From contig JAUGWO010000102.1 in assembly GCA_049724395.1 (NCBI GenBank), positions 62,001 through 126,000 of the forward strand: a stretch of 64,000 bases of DNA. The letters are read 5' to 3'. The translations under genes were made by a program, and so were the position numbers. The notes beneath the pieces were generated by a model. The model was not told the DNA's origin, did not search any database, and saw only the letters and a program-made list of their open reading frames with translations. This DNA is from Spongospora subterranea f. sp. subterranea (Eukaryota). Positions 1-14,189 of this stretch are shown here, one piece after another. The first letter of the stretch is position 1. Every line of letters starts with the position of its first letter.

Positions 1-2379
1 ATTCCAGCACTTCATCAAATGTAACCTTGTTCCTGATATTCTGATGCAGCAACCAAGATATAAGAATTTAAAAAACAAAGGTATAAAAGGCCATACCTCA
101 CAAACAACTTCCCGAATCTCGGGATCATCACCATCGAATTGAGGTAGTAATGCAGGATTAGGCAAAAGGGATCGTAATAAGGGTGCAGGTGCTAATACTT
201 CATCGAGGCAATCATAGTATGAAAGTCTAACACCTGCAAGTGACCTGATGCTGAATACAAAGAAATGCAAGCATTCGAGAGACAACGGACCCTGATGTAA
301 AGCCATTTCGACAAAATAACGCTGTGGATGTAGCGGATCCGCTTCAGTAGCAACATGTTCCCAAGCAGGCCACGGCCATTCAAAAGATGTATTGGAGAGA
401 TGGTAGCCAAACCAGGTGGCTAATACAATTAATGACATACGGTTTCATTTGAGTTAACCACGCACCTACCAAAACGCTCTACTGATTCTAACGTTAAAAA
501 GTGCAGTGACTGAAATATCTTGTGAACGGAACGACCCATAAAGGCGGCTATGGAGGGGCATGCTCTAAGGCACCAAACAGTAAGACCACGCCAATATATG
601 TCAGGAATATGCGATGGCATTGGATCTAGAATCTTTGACAAAATTAACTCGATAAGCATTTGCTAAATCCATCTGATTAGTGGGGCAATAACGATCCGAA
701 ATTCACTGAACTCACCTGTGCATTAAACTCTAATGCCTTTTCTGTCAACATCATTAACGATTCGCGGCCACTTTCGTGCCATACATACAGCTGATCAATA
801 AACTGAAACATGCACGTAATTAGCAAACCCATTTGCTGGAAAAAGAACACACATACTTGTTGCTCCAGAACAAAAGCGTCAAGGTCGGTAAGACTACTCT
901 TCAATTTATGATCGACGTTCTCTCCAGTGTTGATTATCAACCGGCATGGCATGACCCAATTAAGTCCACAATACCCTATCCCGACCGAAGAAATGCGAAA
1001 CGAAAATGGACAAGGTACGCATCTAAAACGTCAATTGCCTGATATAAATTGCTATCGCTGATGATAAACAAACGATATACCTTTTCAACGGTTCCATTAT
1101 ACTCGGGCCAGGAGTACGGACAACATAGTGATGGGTTTTAGGTCTACCGTTCCCTTTGGTGTCCAATAAAGAAGTATACATCGCTTGAAGCGTGTCGCGC
1201 CCAGACCGGAACACAGAGGAATGAGTCGATCGAAGACAGGTGAGTGGTGCCATGGAGGGAAGCGGAGTCGCCATCCCAGAACGGGATAAAAAGTAGTCGC
1301 GAAGCCCGCTCCATATCGCTTCATCTGAAAATACCACTGTTGACCATTAGAGACCTAAAAAAAAACGGTTGAATATGCCATACCCGGGACAGAACGGGCA
1401 ACAGTCGAAATAGCTGTGTAAATGGCCCAATCACCCTGGCATGTCCCTGGTGTTGAAGCAATGCCTAGCTGAATAAGATCGGATATCAACTCTGCAAGGT
1501 CTCGAGTCGAGAAGACATGCGCCTATATTTTCATTGAATACTAGAAGCTACAAGAATGAAACTCAATATTGCCCTTGACCTCAGATAATGCTGTCATAAA
1601 CAGTAAATACATTTGAACCGTGAGGGAAGACGCACCAGCCTTGATAGCTTGATTTAAGCGAAAGGCAATGCAATCAGCAACGTCGACAGAAATGGATTGA
1701 TCCGTTTTCGACAATAGTCCGATCAAACATGCATAAAATGTCTGTTTTAACGGCATTGAAATGCCACTGTAGAAATTTCGTCAAGTCTCATATAGTGTTG
1801 CTAAACGCCAGTACCATTCGACGATAATTCCAATGACTTGATCCCGGTTAGCCCGAAGATCCCGAACAAGGACGTATGACATGTCAAAGATATCGTCATC
1901 TCGGGATTGCGGGTCTAATTGATCACCAAGCCTAAAATTACCTCAATAACTAGGTCGCAAACGATTTTTGAATTAGGACTTTGCAATAAACTGGGTAAGC
2001 TGCATTCGATTATCTTCTGCAGAAACAGCAGCAGAAGCCGTGTCACGTTCCACAGCTCCATCTGGCCACCTATGCCGTTTCTCGCCTGGCCCATCAAGAT
2101 CGTTATAGCCACTTCGGCCACTAAATCTAAAACATTCAGTGTATTGGAATTTAAGCGAGTATAAAACGGTTTCAAAATAACGAGAGGCAAACTCATTAAA
2201 GTATATCAAAATAAACCATACGATGGTGGAGGAAGCGGTTGGTCAAGGCGGACCTCGATCCTCGACGGTAAACCATCACCGCCGCGCATTCGTTTGGGCG
2301 GTGCCGCCTTTGGAGTCATCATCTCCAATTTTGTCGAATCTGGAGCAGTAGTGACCGGCTCGTCGACCATGGTCGACAT
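1..2379 (-). CDS. NCBP1: Nuclear cap-binding protein subunit 1 (CBP80), multi-exon, 3' end beyond window start
   Basis: Spliced peptides DGPGEKRHR (NLS-like)..FIAKLGDQ, MPLKQTFYACLIGLL and WFGYHLSNTSFEWPW..HPQRYFV..VRLSYYD match CBP80 motifs. GT-AG introns. Start codon tentative. Confidence 0.85.
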
Positions 2380-3519
2380 GATTATAATGAGTCTATCCGA
2401 TATGCGATCTGTAGCTGCGCTGATAGAGGAGAATGGCCCCTGTCAGATACTGGGCTGCGCCTCAGGGGTAACAGTAATACAGTACGTCATGACGATTGAC
2501 AAAACGGTAAATCACACGGTATCCGCTAAATATACACTTGTCGGACACCGTACCGGACTTGGTTGTTTTACAGCAAAAACAAAAGCAAAACTTTTGCTGT
2601 TGGGTCGTTCCGACTATTCCCAAAATTCAACGTTGAGATGTACTCATATGTTCGTTAGGATAGCTTCACCACCAATGACCTCGTTCAAAGTCACCAACAA
2701 TCAACTTTCTGTCGGCTCTTCATTTTTTTTTGTAGCTTGTTTTTCTCTCGCGTTTTAAACTTGCTCAAGTTTGAGCTTTTACAAGAGTCTCGTTCCTTTC
2801 TGTATTCCAAGTGTTTCCTCTTTGGATGATTTTCATGATGAGCATATAGTTCGACTCAGGATTATTCATCGTGTCTGTGATTATTTTGTTTACTCTCTGG
2901 CGTTTGGAGACTTGGGCGAAGACGGCAGGTTTCGTCAGATGCCAGCTTATATCGGTTTAGTTGGGACTGAGACTCCAGTCCAACCTACCGGAACCTTACC
3001 GTTTTCAACGATGGACGTTGCAGTGACACTTCTATCATCAGCCAAATACACTCGCTACGATTCATCGTCGACGTCCTAGCCTGTGCTTTTTTGTTGAAGC
3101 TTCCTAAAGAAGGACACTCTTTATCGTCACCAAACGACGTCACAATTATTATCGCAATCCTATTGGCTTCAAAGGTTTCCTTAGGGCAATCAGGATCACG
3201 TTAGTTGTACTCAGCAAACTACACAGAACCGAACTGCGGTTGAACACCAACAGCTTTCTCCCATTCATGATTCTGCTCCTGATAATGATAGCGATCCTGC
3301 GGTAGAACTTTGTTAACGGAAAAAGCTCACTACAATTAAAAAACCGCTTTTGCTTTATATCATGCATATAGTACCTAAGGTTCACCTTTGGTGCCATGAG
3401 TCTTAATCGATTCGGTTTCTGTCGATGAAACCTTTCTTGCAGACCTGTTTGGCAACCGAGTAATTTCTACGCCACATCATCCAAGCAACGCCAGAATCAT
3501 TGCAACGCTCTTTGAAAGT

Positions 3520-4228
3520 CACGCAGAGGAGCAGGCGCTGATCCAGACGCAGGGCGTCGATGAACAATTGCTGGAGGGGCGTCGCCACGGGAACAGTTAG
3601 CAGAAGGTCTTGTATGCTGTCGTTTAGACCTCGCCGGAAGGCATCCTGGGCGGCCCTTTCGTCCCATCCCGCATCTGCCACCAACTGTTGAACGTGAGAC
3701 TGAGATGTGTAGGCTGCCACCGTCCTTCGCCCTTGCTTTTATGTCTGCAGCGGGGTACGCCCGATTGGGGTCATCGAATCGCTGTCGGAAAATTGATAAA
3801 CACTGTTGGAAATTACCGAATACAGCTAAATGCTGCGACTTAAATAATGGGTTGCACCATTGGCGTGCTAATCATAATCAGCAAGCTATTCCCAGCGACA
3901 TCTTAGTGGAGTAGGTGTACGGCTGCGGTTGTATGACCAGAAGGATTTGATTGAGGAAACCACTAACCGCTGCCGGGATGCCGTCGAATGAATCGGGTAA
4001 TTTAGCAGTAATTTAGCCTTGGGCTCTCGAATATTTGCTGGCGTCTGAACACTTCTGTTGGCTGATTCAATCGTGCTGTCGATTTGGCTTTGCTGTTGCT
4101 GTACTTGTTCCTGAAGCTGTTGCTGTTGCTGTAGCTATTACCTGTAGGGTGTGCTGGATCTGCTGGATTATTTCGATGGTTGGAGGATCCGTTGCTGGAG
4201 AAGGGCTGAGACCTGAATCGGGCGTCAT
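3520..4228 (-). mobile_element. Degenerate Ty3/gypsy-type LTR retrotransposon gag remnant
   Basis: PDSFDG..VSGFLNQ..FDDPNR..GWDERAAQDAFRRGLNDSIQDLL..LFIDALRLDQR is the retrotransposon gag pattern. Interrupted by stops and frameshifts; no pol or LTR pair seen. Confidence 0.8.
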
Positions 4229-4630
4229 GGAGGATCGGATGGTATGGATGTGGTTGAAGGAAGTCTACTGGTACGGCTGGGAACGAAGGGAGTCTACTGG
4301 TATGGCTGGGAACGAAGGGAGTCTAAGACGACGAATGACTACGCGAGGATGTGTTTATAACGATTGATAATCCAATCCTCACATGACGCCGATTCAGATC
4401 TCAGCCCTTCTCCTGCAACGGATCCTCCAACCATCGAAATAGTCCAGCAGCTCCAGTGATGCTACAGCGACAACTTCAGGAACAAGTACAGCAACAGCAA
4501 AGCCAAATCGACAGCACGATTGAATCAGCTAACAGAAGTGTCCAGACGCCAGCAAATATTCGAGAGCCCAAAAGGCTAAATTACCCGATTCATTCGGCGG
4601 CAGCCCGGCAGCGGTCAGGGTTTCCTTAAT
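3950..4630. repeat. Long imperfect inverted repeat (arms ~3950-4240 and ~4370-4630) of the gag 5' region
   Basis: The reverse complement of the left arm aligns to the right arm (e.g. cttcaggaacaagtacagcaacagcaaagccaaatcgacagcacgattgaatcag) with scattered substitutions and small indels. Confidence 0.95.
4262..4325. repeat. 29-bp tandem repeat, 2.2 copies, in the inverted-repeat spacer
   Basis: agtctactggta(c/t)ggctgggaacgaaggg x2 followed by agtcta. Confidence 0.9.
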
Positions 4631-5043
4631 AATACGACGACGCAATCCGTTTTAACGATGTATCGGCATGGTTCAAGATTGAGGCTAAGTTGGACTCCTT
4701 CCCGATGGTATTGGGCACATACAATGAAAAACAGAACCGACTCTTGCCGATGCCAGTACCATTCTTTGCCGAACATAGCTGTTGGAGCATCCTTTGAGCC
4801 TGGATTAACAATTTGGTTGAGTTGTGTCAACATTTAAGTGCTCGCACAAGTGTGAGTCCAGACATCAGAATCCAGCGCAGGAACGGGTTTAAAACAAACA
4901 CAAAACGTCCAGCATACAGCATAAGTAAAGAGGAATTGATTTATTGCCTCAAAAAAATGATATGGGTTATGATTGTTGTTAACAATTGTTAGGTAAAACC
5001 CAATCGATCTGGAAGTACAGTGTTCCTTTGTGCACTTGTGGTG

Positions 5044-7231
5044 ATGGAAAAGTTGTTAAGTATTGTAGACGAGATATATCCTGCTATCTGTAAAGATAAT
5101 GATGAAAAGCCTTCAGCCAAAGCTTTAGATGCTCTGAAAGATAGAATTCAGACCGAATCAAAGCAATTTAGTACTGGAGCAAAGCTGGTTTGAATTAATT
5201 CCATGTTCTAAGACGTGATTAGGTGATGACGGAAACCTCGTCTTACGCCAGTTCCGCATAGGTCTTCATGCCAGTATAGCTTTGGCCAAATCTGCACCCC
5301 ATGGTCATATTCGGGTTTTGGACTTGAGCGAAAATGGTCAGTCGATGCGGAGAGATCTGCAATTGTTGCTTACGACATGATTCAACAGCAATTGATGATT
5401 GTTCTATCGTGGCACTCTTGCAGATTGTCGACAAAAATAATAACCTGTCAGAGCTCCGCTTGTCATCAAACCAGATCACTGTCGATGGAGCAGCTGAGTT
5501 AGCGAAAACGCTGCCAAGTATGCGTCAATTACTTCTTCTGGACTTGTCAAATGATGTTGGAAGCCGCAACAAGAATGTCATCAACGATGAGGGTTTAACA
5601 GTGTTGTGTAACGCCATCAGCAAAAATTTCAGCCTATTGTCGCTGAATTTAGTTGGGAACAATATCAATGAACTCGATGCAGCATCCATTGGTCAAGTTT
5701 TGAGGCTAAACTTAACGCTGACTCATTTGGATCTCGACCGGAATAAACTGGGAACTCGAGGCGCGCAAATCTTATTCGAAGCATTGGCCAGGAACAAGGC
5801 TTTACGGCATCTGAGTCTGGCACAAAACGGAATTGGAGCAGATGCGGTATGTGTTTTACTGGTAAATCACTCAATGAGGTTTAGAAGAATGAATGGATCG
5901 CAGGCTAGAGCCATAAATACGATGCTGGTGAATAACAATTCCTTGGTCGCTCTTCACTTGCAGAATAATTCCATTGGTCTAGCTTTACCTGATCTTGCAG
6001 AGGCGATGTTGCAGAACAGGTCAATTGTCGTCCTTGATCTGCAGGGCAACGGGATAGTCGACGCTGGGGCAACAGCATTCGCACATGTTCTAGCGAGCAA
6101 CATATATTTGACCAACATTAACCTTAGCAATAACAATATTGGACAAGCAGGCGGGATCATGATTTCCAAAGCGCTGGCGAAAAACAAAGTATTGACTTCG
6201 TTGGACATTTCTTCAAACGATATTAAAGATGAGTCTGCTATAAGCATCGCTGAGGCAATGGTACGCATTACAAAACAAATCAAGATGCAACCTGAAGTTT
6301 GGTTATAGGTGAGGAACACATCACTGGTGTCGCTAGATTTAAGTTCATGTAAAATTACGGACGATGGCGCTGTTGCGATTGCCACCGCTATTGGAAGCAA
6401 TGACGGCATTGTATTGAGAAGTCTTAGATTGCGAGACAATTATATTTCCAATTCGGCAGGGCAAATCCTTTTGGATGAACTTCAAGCCAATACATCAATA
6501 ACAGCCGCTGATTTCCGAGGAAATAGAATGGACCATACAACCCTGGGCAAAATCAGAGCGTTTTGCAAGAGGAACGTTTCACATATAAGAAACCAGGTCA
6601 CCACTTTGTGGTATAAGTTTCGCCATTACTAAGCTTGTCACATAACCAGGTCCCAAAACGCCTCAAGGAACAAATAGACTCTCTTAAGAAAGATATAACA
6701 ATACTTACTGATACATTGGAAGGTCTAACCGAAAGGAAAGGCGAAGTTCATAACGCGCTTGAAGAACTGGAAACTGTTAACGAAGAGAAAATGCATTGCC
6801 ATTTGGCTCAACAGGCGATGCGTGACGAATTGACTAAACGGCTGGTCAGAGAGGAGCAACAATTAAACGAGATAAAGGCGAAAATTACTCAAAAAGAAAC
6901 AGAATTTACCACAAATTGTTCCAATTTCAAGAAGCAACTCGACACAAAGAATCGCCAATTGGATATCGAAAAGAAACAAAGGATGGAAATGGAGGAACAG
7001 ATTGCCACAGTTACGGCACAGTTGGAAAACCTGAACATTCCAGTAGAGCAAACAATGGAAGAAATTCAACTCGACATTGATCGCACTCGAAGAGAAAAAC
7101 TGAAATATCAGAATATGATGACGACGGTCAGGTCGAAATGCAACTCTATTCAAAAAGGCCATGAGAGTGGAGAAGGAATTCCTGAATACCTAGAACGAGC
7201 CAGATATTTACTTTTACATCCAGAGTGCTAA
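5044..7231 (+). CDS. Ribonuclease-inhibitor-type leucine-rich repeat protein with C-terminal coiled coil
   Basis: Many 28-aa LxxLxLxxNxIxxxGAxxL repeats, then a heptad-rich E/K/Q tail. ATG at 5044 inferred from GT-AG joining. Confidence 0.85.
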
Positions 7232-7595
7232 TCACTACAATTTAAATACTGTTATGGTTTTTGCAACACCGAAGCGTTATGCCGAATTGAAAATAGTAAA
7301 GTTCGTAGACAAGATACAAAACAAACACAGTAATTAACCTCAACAGTTTGGCCTTGAAAAGATCACCAAATGAATCTGATGATTTCAACAGTACTAACTA
7401 ACACACAATTGTGGATTGTGGTAAAACCAGATCACAAAACCTCTCAACCCTAAAAAGTTTGACCTTAAAAACAGATCACGAAATGGATCTGCTGGTTGAG
7501 TGGTTGTGGTGTGGAGAGTGAGTGACCCAGTCTCGTAAGGTTGCGCCCTATATATACTGGGTTGCGCGGCCCTGGTGTGATCGCTGTGGTGACGA

Positions 7596-7622
7596 TCTCT
7601 CTCTCTATCTCTCTCTTTCTCT
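7596..7622. repeat. Imperfect (CT)n microsatellite upstream of the CNH-VPS9 gene
   Basis: tctctctctctatctctctctttctct. Confidence 0.8.
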
Positions 7623-7704
7623 GCGTCCGGCCAGATCAGATATAAGACCGATCACCGGTTCTGCTGGTCATGCGATCGCGTTAGCGCATCGATACGTCCG
7701 GCGA

Positions 7705-10454
7705 ATGTCTTTTATCACCACGTCGACTGCTCTTTGGAACCATGGCAAGATATCTGCTGCTGCTTCGTCACAACAGTTTGCTATAATTGGAAGTACCACG
7801 GGAAAGGCTACAATTTATAAAGTTGATTATTTCATTTAGTCATGCGTTTTAATCTAAGCCGCTCGTTTCTCAGATTGAGTTCGATATATTTTTGAAAAAG
7901 ATTGTCACTATTGCTGCGCCTGCTCAGAAAACCGCCGCTGTTTCGCAAATAGAAATCATTGAGCGATTAGATTATGCCTTATTGTTAATCGGTTAGTTGG
8001 TGTTGATAGGTATTTTTTGTTGTTATTTTGAAAGCACCCCAAGGTGGCATTATTCATGTTTTAGATTTGAATAGTTTCGTCTACATTTCCAATGTTCCTG
8101 TCCATGAACGTGGTTTGCCTGTTGGCAATACCGTTCGATTTATTACACGTTCGGTGTCGGGTGCGGTAGAAGTAATTGCTGCAACCAATCAACAAGTGAA
8201 CTTCTCGACATTCTCGGCTTCAGAATTAACTTTTCGCGCAACGGTACCTTTAAGTCTGTGAATATTCCACTCAAGCTTGATTGTGGTTCAGAGTCGTGCT
8301 CTCTATATTCCCGATGGACCCTGTTCCCTAAGCTGGGTCAGCGGAAAATTAGTCGTGGGATTTAGCACAGAATTTGCTCTACTCGAAGTTGATTCTGGCC
8401 AAGTCGATTCCTTGTGGTAAGATTCTATCGGTTGTAAACATTTACACACAAATAACTGGTTGTTTTAGGTTTTTTGAACCTGGACCATCTTTCTGTGTTC
8501 CTGTCAATTCCACCCATATGATTCTCTCATCCACTGCCAGCGTTGTTGCTTTTTCAATTCGTCCGAACGGTTAGTGTAAGTTCGCTTTGCCAGAGCGGTC
8601 TTGGCGCGTTGATTTTTGAATACAGGCCTCTTTGTAAACTGTCGCCTAAACTGGGGTGTTTCACGGTTTGACAATTGGTTGAATTTCCGATCGTATCTGA
8701 ATGACTGTTTTCAGGAAACCGTTGGCCATGTGTTCACAAGGGAGTTTGTTCTTTGTTTCTTTCTACGATCATATAGGAGTATTTGACGTCGAAGATTTTT
8801 CGTTCCCTGTTGGGCGCATCGATATGAAGAATATCACCACTTTGCTGTCATTGAACGGTTGCGTTATCGCCGCTGATTCTCATCATATTCATGCTCTTCA
8901 TTCATCGTCTGAAGACTGGTTGTCCCGGTATAGTAGTTTTGCTTCATAAATGTTCTCAGCCCATCTCATTTTGGTAATCGACAGTGATAACAAATGGAAA
9001 GATAAGTTACGTGAAGCAAGTGAAAGTGCACAAACCAGCTTTCTCGCCGAATATATCAGCGATCTTCTGTGTCCTTCTTTAAAGCATCCTTTTGCTCTCT
9101 CGATGCAGTCACTTTTGCATGTTGTTTCTGACCCGTGCCTTGATTTACTCGAAGTCTGCCCATTGGTCCAGAAGTTCATTGGTTAAACTATTTGTCCAAC
9201 AATCTCTCCGCAATCTAATGTGGCGTCCCTAGATACAATCGTCTGCCGTGTCTTTGAAGATTGCACCAACAGCAATGTCGTCGTTAGTGATTTGTGTAAA
9301 GTGAGAGCGCCCAGTTTCGTCAGTGACGCAATTTTTCGCTGGTGATTTTGCTGATAACTTGTTCTCCAAGTTTACTCGGCAGGTACGACTCGTTGATTGC
9401 TATTTTAATGAAACCCATATGGTTTATAGTTTTCGACCGAAGACGGAGAATTAGCCAAGTCGTGTGCAATTCTTAGAAAACTAGAGCTGCGCGAGTTTGG
9501 TAGCAATCTCACTGTACTGCCCAATTTCCTCCAATGACATCACAAAATTCATCATTACCTCTTTTAGGTTAACGATCCTCTTGGATTTTTTTCAGTGGCA
9601 TTATCGGTACTGCAAGAGTTGCCCACTCTTCGCTCTCCGTTCTCAATGCTTCGATTAGTGAGCGAACACCTTGGCCAGGCGATTAGCCAAGCGATTGAAA
9701 ACACTGGAGTATAGTTTCAATTGCAGCAAGTATATCTGTCTTACGTGAGTTTTTTCCAGGATCATTTTGGTGTTGAAGAACTGACGGCAGATGAATATAT
9801 TCCCATTTTAGTGTTCATCACTGTTCACTCCGGACTAAAACATCTCTATAGTTTGCACAAATTTATGTCTTTTTTCATTGCACCAAATGATGCTCGAGGT
9901 CATACTGGTAAATTCCTCAGTTGTTTCATTCTGACTCGGACTGATCTAATTTCTGCTTTGTACAGGTTACGAACTTACAACCATGGCGGTTGCACTAGAA
10001 TATATCAACAAACTTCAAGTGCAAAAATCCCCAAGTGGCGACGCAATGCCCCCCAATTAGCAAATACTCCCTGCTTAAATGGGATGGCCTTGAATTTTTA
10101 AGGACAGTGAAGAGCAACTTATCTAATATTGACTAATATACCAACTTGATTCATGAAATTTGGCGTTGTAGTTTATTGGCAGCTTGGCGTAATCACTGAC
10201 GTGGATGAGGATGATGCTTCGATGCGTAGCCAAATATTGGATTCTGGTTTTGAGCAATACGATATCCTAGTTCGGCTTCTTTCCAATCGGCTGATAAAGA
10301 CCGCGGAACTGATCCTGCAATGCCATGTGAATAGAACGTTGCCGGCATTTTAAGAAAAATAAACTTACGTCGAGGTGTCAACATTGACATCATTGCATAT
10401 GCAGCGAAGGTCGAAGCTCCAAGAGCTCCGAAAAATGGTCAACGCTCCAGGTGA
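7705..10454 (+). CDS. CNH (Vps39/Vps3-like propeller) + VPS9 Rab5-GEF domain protein, multi-exon
   Basis: N-terminal IPDGPCSLSWVSGKLVVGFSTEFALLEVDSGQ is CNH-like. C-terminal LTADEYIPILVFITVHSGLKHLYSLHKFMSFF..GHTGYELTTMAVALEYI is VPS9. 3' end uncertain (~10135 or 10454). Confidence 0.75.
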
Positions 10455-10898
10455 CATATTGCACGATTAGATAACCCCTGAGACAATTCTCTTTGATCAC
10501 TGACCGGTTCAAACTATCGTGTACACACTACTGAACATAACGGAACCAGGTACAGCCGTCCGTATATGACCACCGCCCACCGAGCCAATTGTCTATTTGC
10601 CAATGATTAAAGTGCTTTTTTTAAGGTTCAAATGGCAAGTGAAACCTTGTGTTGACCACAAGTCGCCGTCAACCACAAGGTGCTGTTAATAAACCGATCA
10701 TGCACGTGTCAATTTTCATCATTCTCAAACTGGCACATTCGTTTTCTCCGGCATTTTCAACTTCATTATTTCTCGCTACGAATCTCTTACACAGCGATGT
10801 GTGTTGCATGGCGATAGGTTAATCATCGTTGGTAATACTTATATAGTGATTGTAAAAACTGGCTTCTGAACTTGAAGAGGTTGTGGTTGATGGAATAA

Positions 10899-12667
<1,769 letters not shown>

Positions 12668-12948
12668 TAAATCAGCGCCCCCATTGTCTTTGATCTTATA
12701 TATAGGCGTTCGGCTTCTCAAAGTTTGATCAAATCATTGTTTCAACCCAACAAAGTCATTTATAAAGTGTTTTCCATTGGGATCATATGCAGATTCCGTA
12801 AAAGCTTGGCGCAAAAAGGCATCGAGTTCGCAATGACTCCGTGTACACATAAGTGTGGGCGGACTTGATGATATCACGCGTTTTACTGAGCTGATTACGA
12901 CTTTGATTAGAGCCGTTTTCGGCCCAAATCCTAACGCCTGGGCTGGTC

Positions 12949-14035
12949 ATGATTTTAGGCGCCACGGCTGCCAGCTCGGCAGAGGGCACCTACCTCGAAA
13001 ACGTTCTTGATAGCCTCAAGTTTCTTCCAGTTGATCTTCAACGGAACATGCAGCTTCTCTGTCAGCTAGACGCACATGCAGATCGTTAGTTGCATCCCTT
13101 TTATATTATGACCCTAGTCAAAACCTTTGAATATACACGATAATGTTAACCTTTTATTTAGTCAAATCAACGATGTTGCTAATGAGATCTCATTTCTTTC
13201 ATTTAGAACTACGAATAACGATAGATGCTCAACGTGAATCCATTCTTGCTACCGCTTCAGAATCGAAAAAGAATCCCAAACCTTTCGATTTGTCTTCGCT
13301 AAAGAAATTAAGACGGCTTGCAAGTCCACTCCTCTGCACTAAAAAGCTTCGACATCTGATATTCTTGTTTCAGGAACGAAAATGCATCAAGCTTCTTGAT
13401 GAAAAGCTTATTATTGCCAAAGAATGCCATAAAATTGTGAGCTAATCGATACGAAATGACAAAAGATAATTGATGCTGTTTCTTTCAGGCTAATAGCCAT
13501 CTAACTCGTATCGGGCTCGATATGTCGAGATTCGAAAAGGAACTTGGTCCGTATCAACGAGATGAAGAGTTCGAAGAGTACATGTCAGAAAGCATTAATG
13601 TGCCGGCGAAGTCTCAGAGGGCCGCCGCTGAAAGAGCGTATCCCATTGTTTCATCGCCTGCTCACCTAGCTTCTATTCCAGTTTCCCCCCATCCACCTGC
13701 ATCAGGTTAGGACCCCAATTGCTGAGTATCTGTAATAACCGTATTTCAGGTGACGAACCTCGTCTCCGCGTGTATGGTCCTGCTTCATCAGAACAGACAT
13801 ACTGCTTCTGTAAACAGTCGTCATATGGTCAAATGGTTGCGTGCGACGACGAAAATTGCTCAATCCAGGTTACGGCAACTTTTAATGAATTTCAATTTTT
13901 TCACATTTCGTTTGTATCTAGTGGTGGCATTTCAAATGTGCAGGAATTGCCGAAATTCCTACAGGAACGTGGTACTGTAGGGTATGCACTGATCGGCGCC
14001 AAAAAGAGCTTATAAAGAGCGATGGAGCCTCATGA
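12949..14035 (+). CDS. Inhibitor of growth (ING) family PHD-finger protein
   Basis: TYLENVLDSLKFLPVDLQRNMQLLCQLD N-domain; YCFCKQSSYGQMVACDDENC..WWHFKC..WYCRVC PHD finger. Confidence 0.93.
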
Positions 14036-14189
14036 GTTTCCTTCTGTTTTATCTAATATTTCATTTTTTTTAATTCCATAAACATATCCTATTCTTATCT
14101 ACAGCAGCCTCATAAAATGTGATAAACCTCAATCGTGTATTTCTACATTTACGTACAGTACTGCATAATTAAATATTTATTGTTCAAGT

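Noticed and set aside
1757..1815. In-frame TGA suggesting a pseudogene in the first 2 kb
   Set aside because: It lies inside a GT-AG intron of NCBP1; splicing restores the frame.
3120..3400. LIALRKP..GLR..RRLV resembling a non-LTR reverse transcriptase motif
   Set aside because: Too short and interrupted; no downstream RT motifs were found.
7447..7456. AACCCTAAAA telomere-like motif
   Set aside because: Single copy; expected by chance.
9283..9382. Possible further +1 frameshift in the CNH-VPS9 gene
   Set aside because: The region is poorly conserved, so an indel cannot be separated from a short intron.
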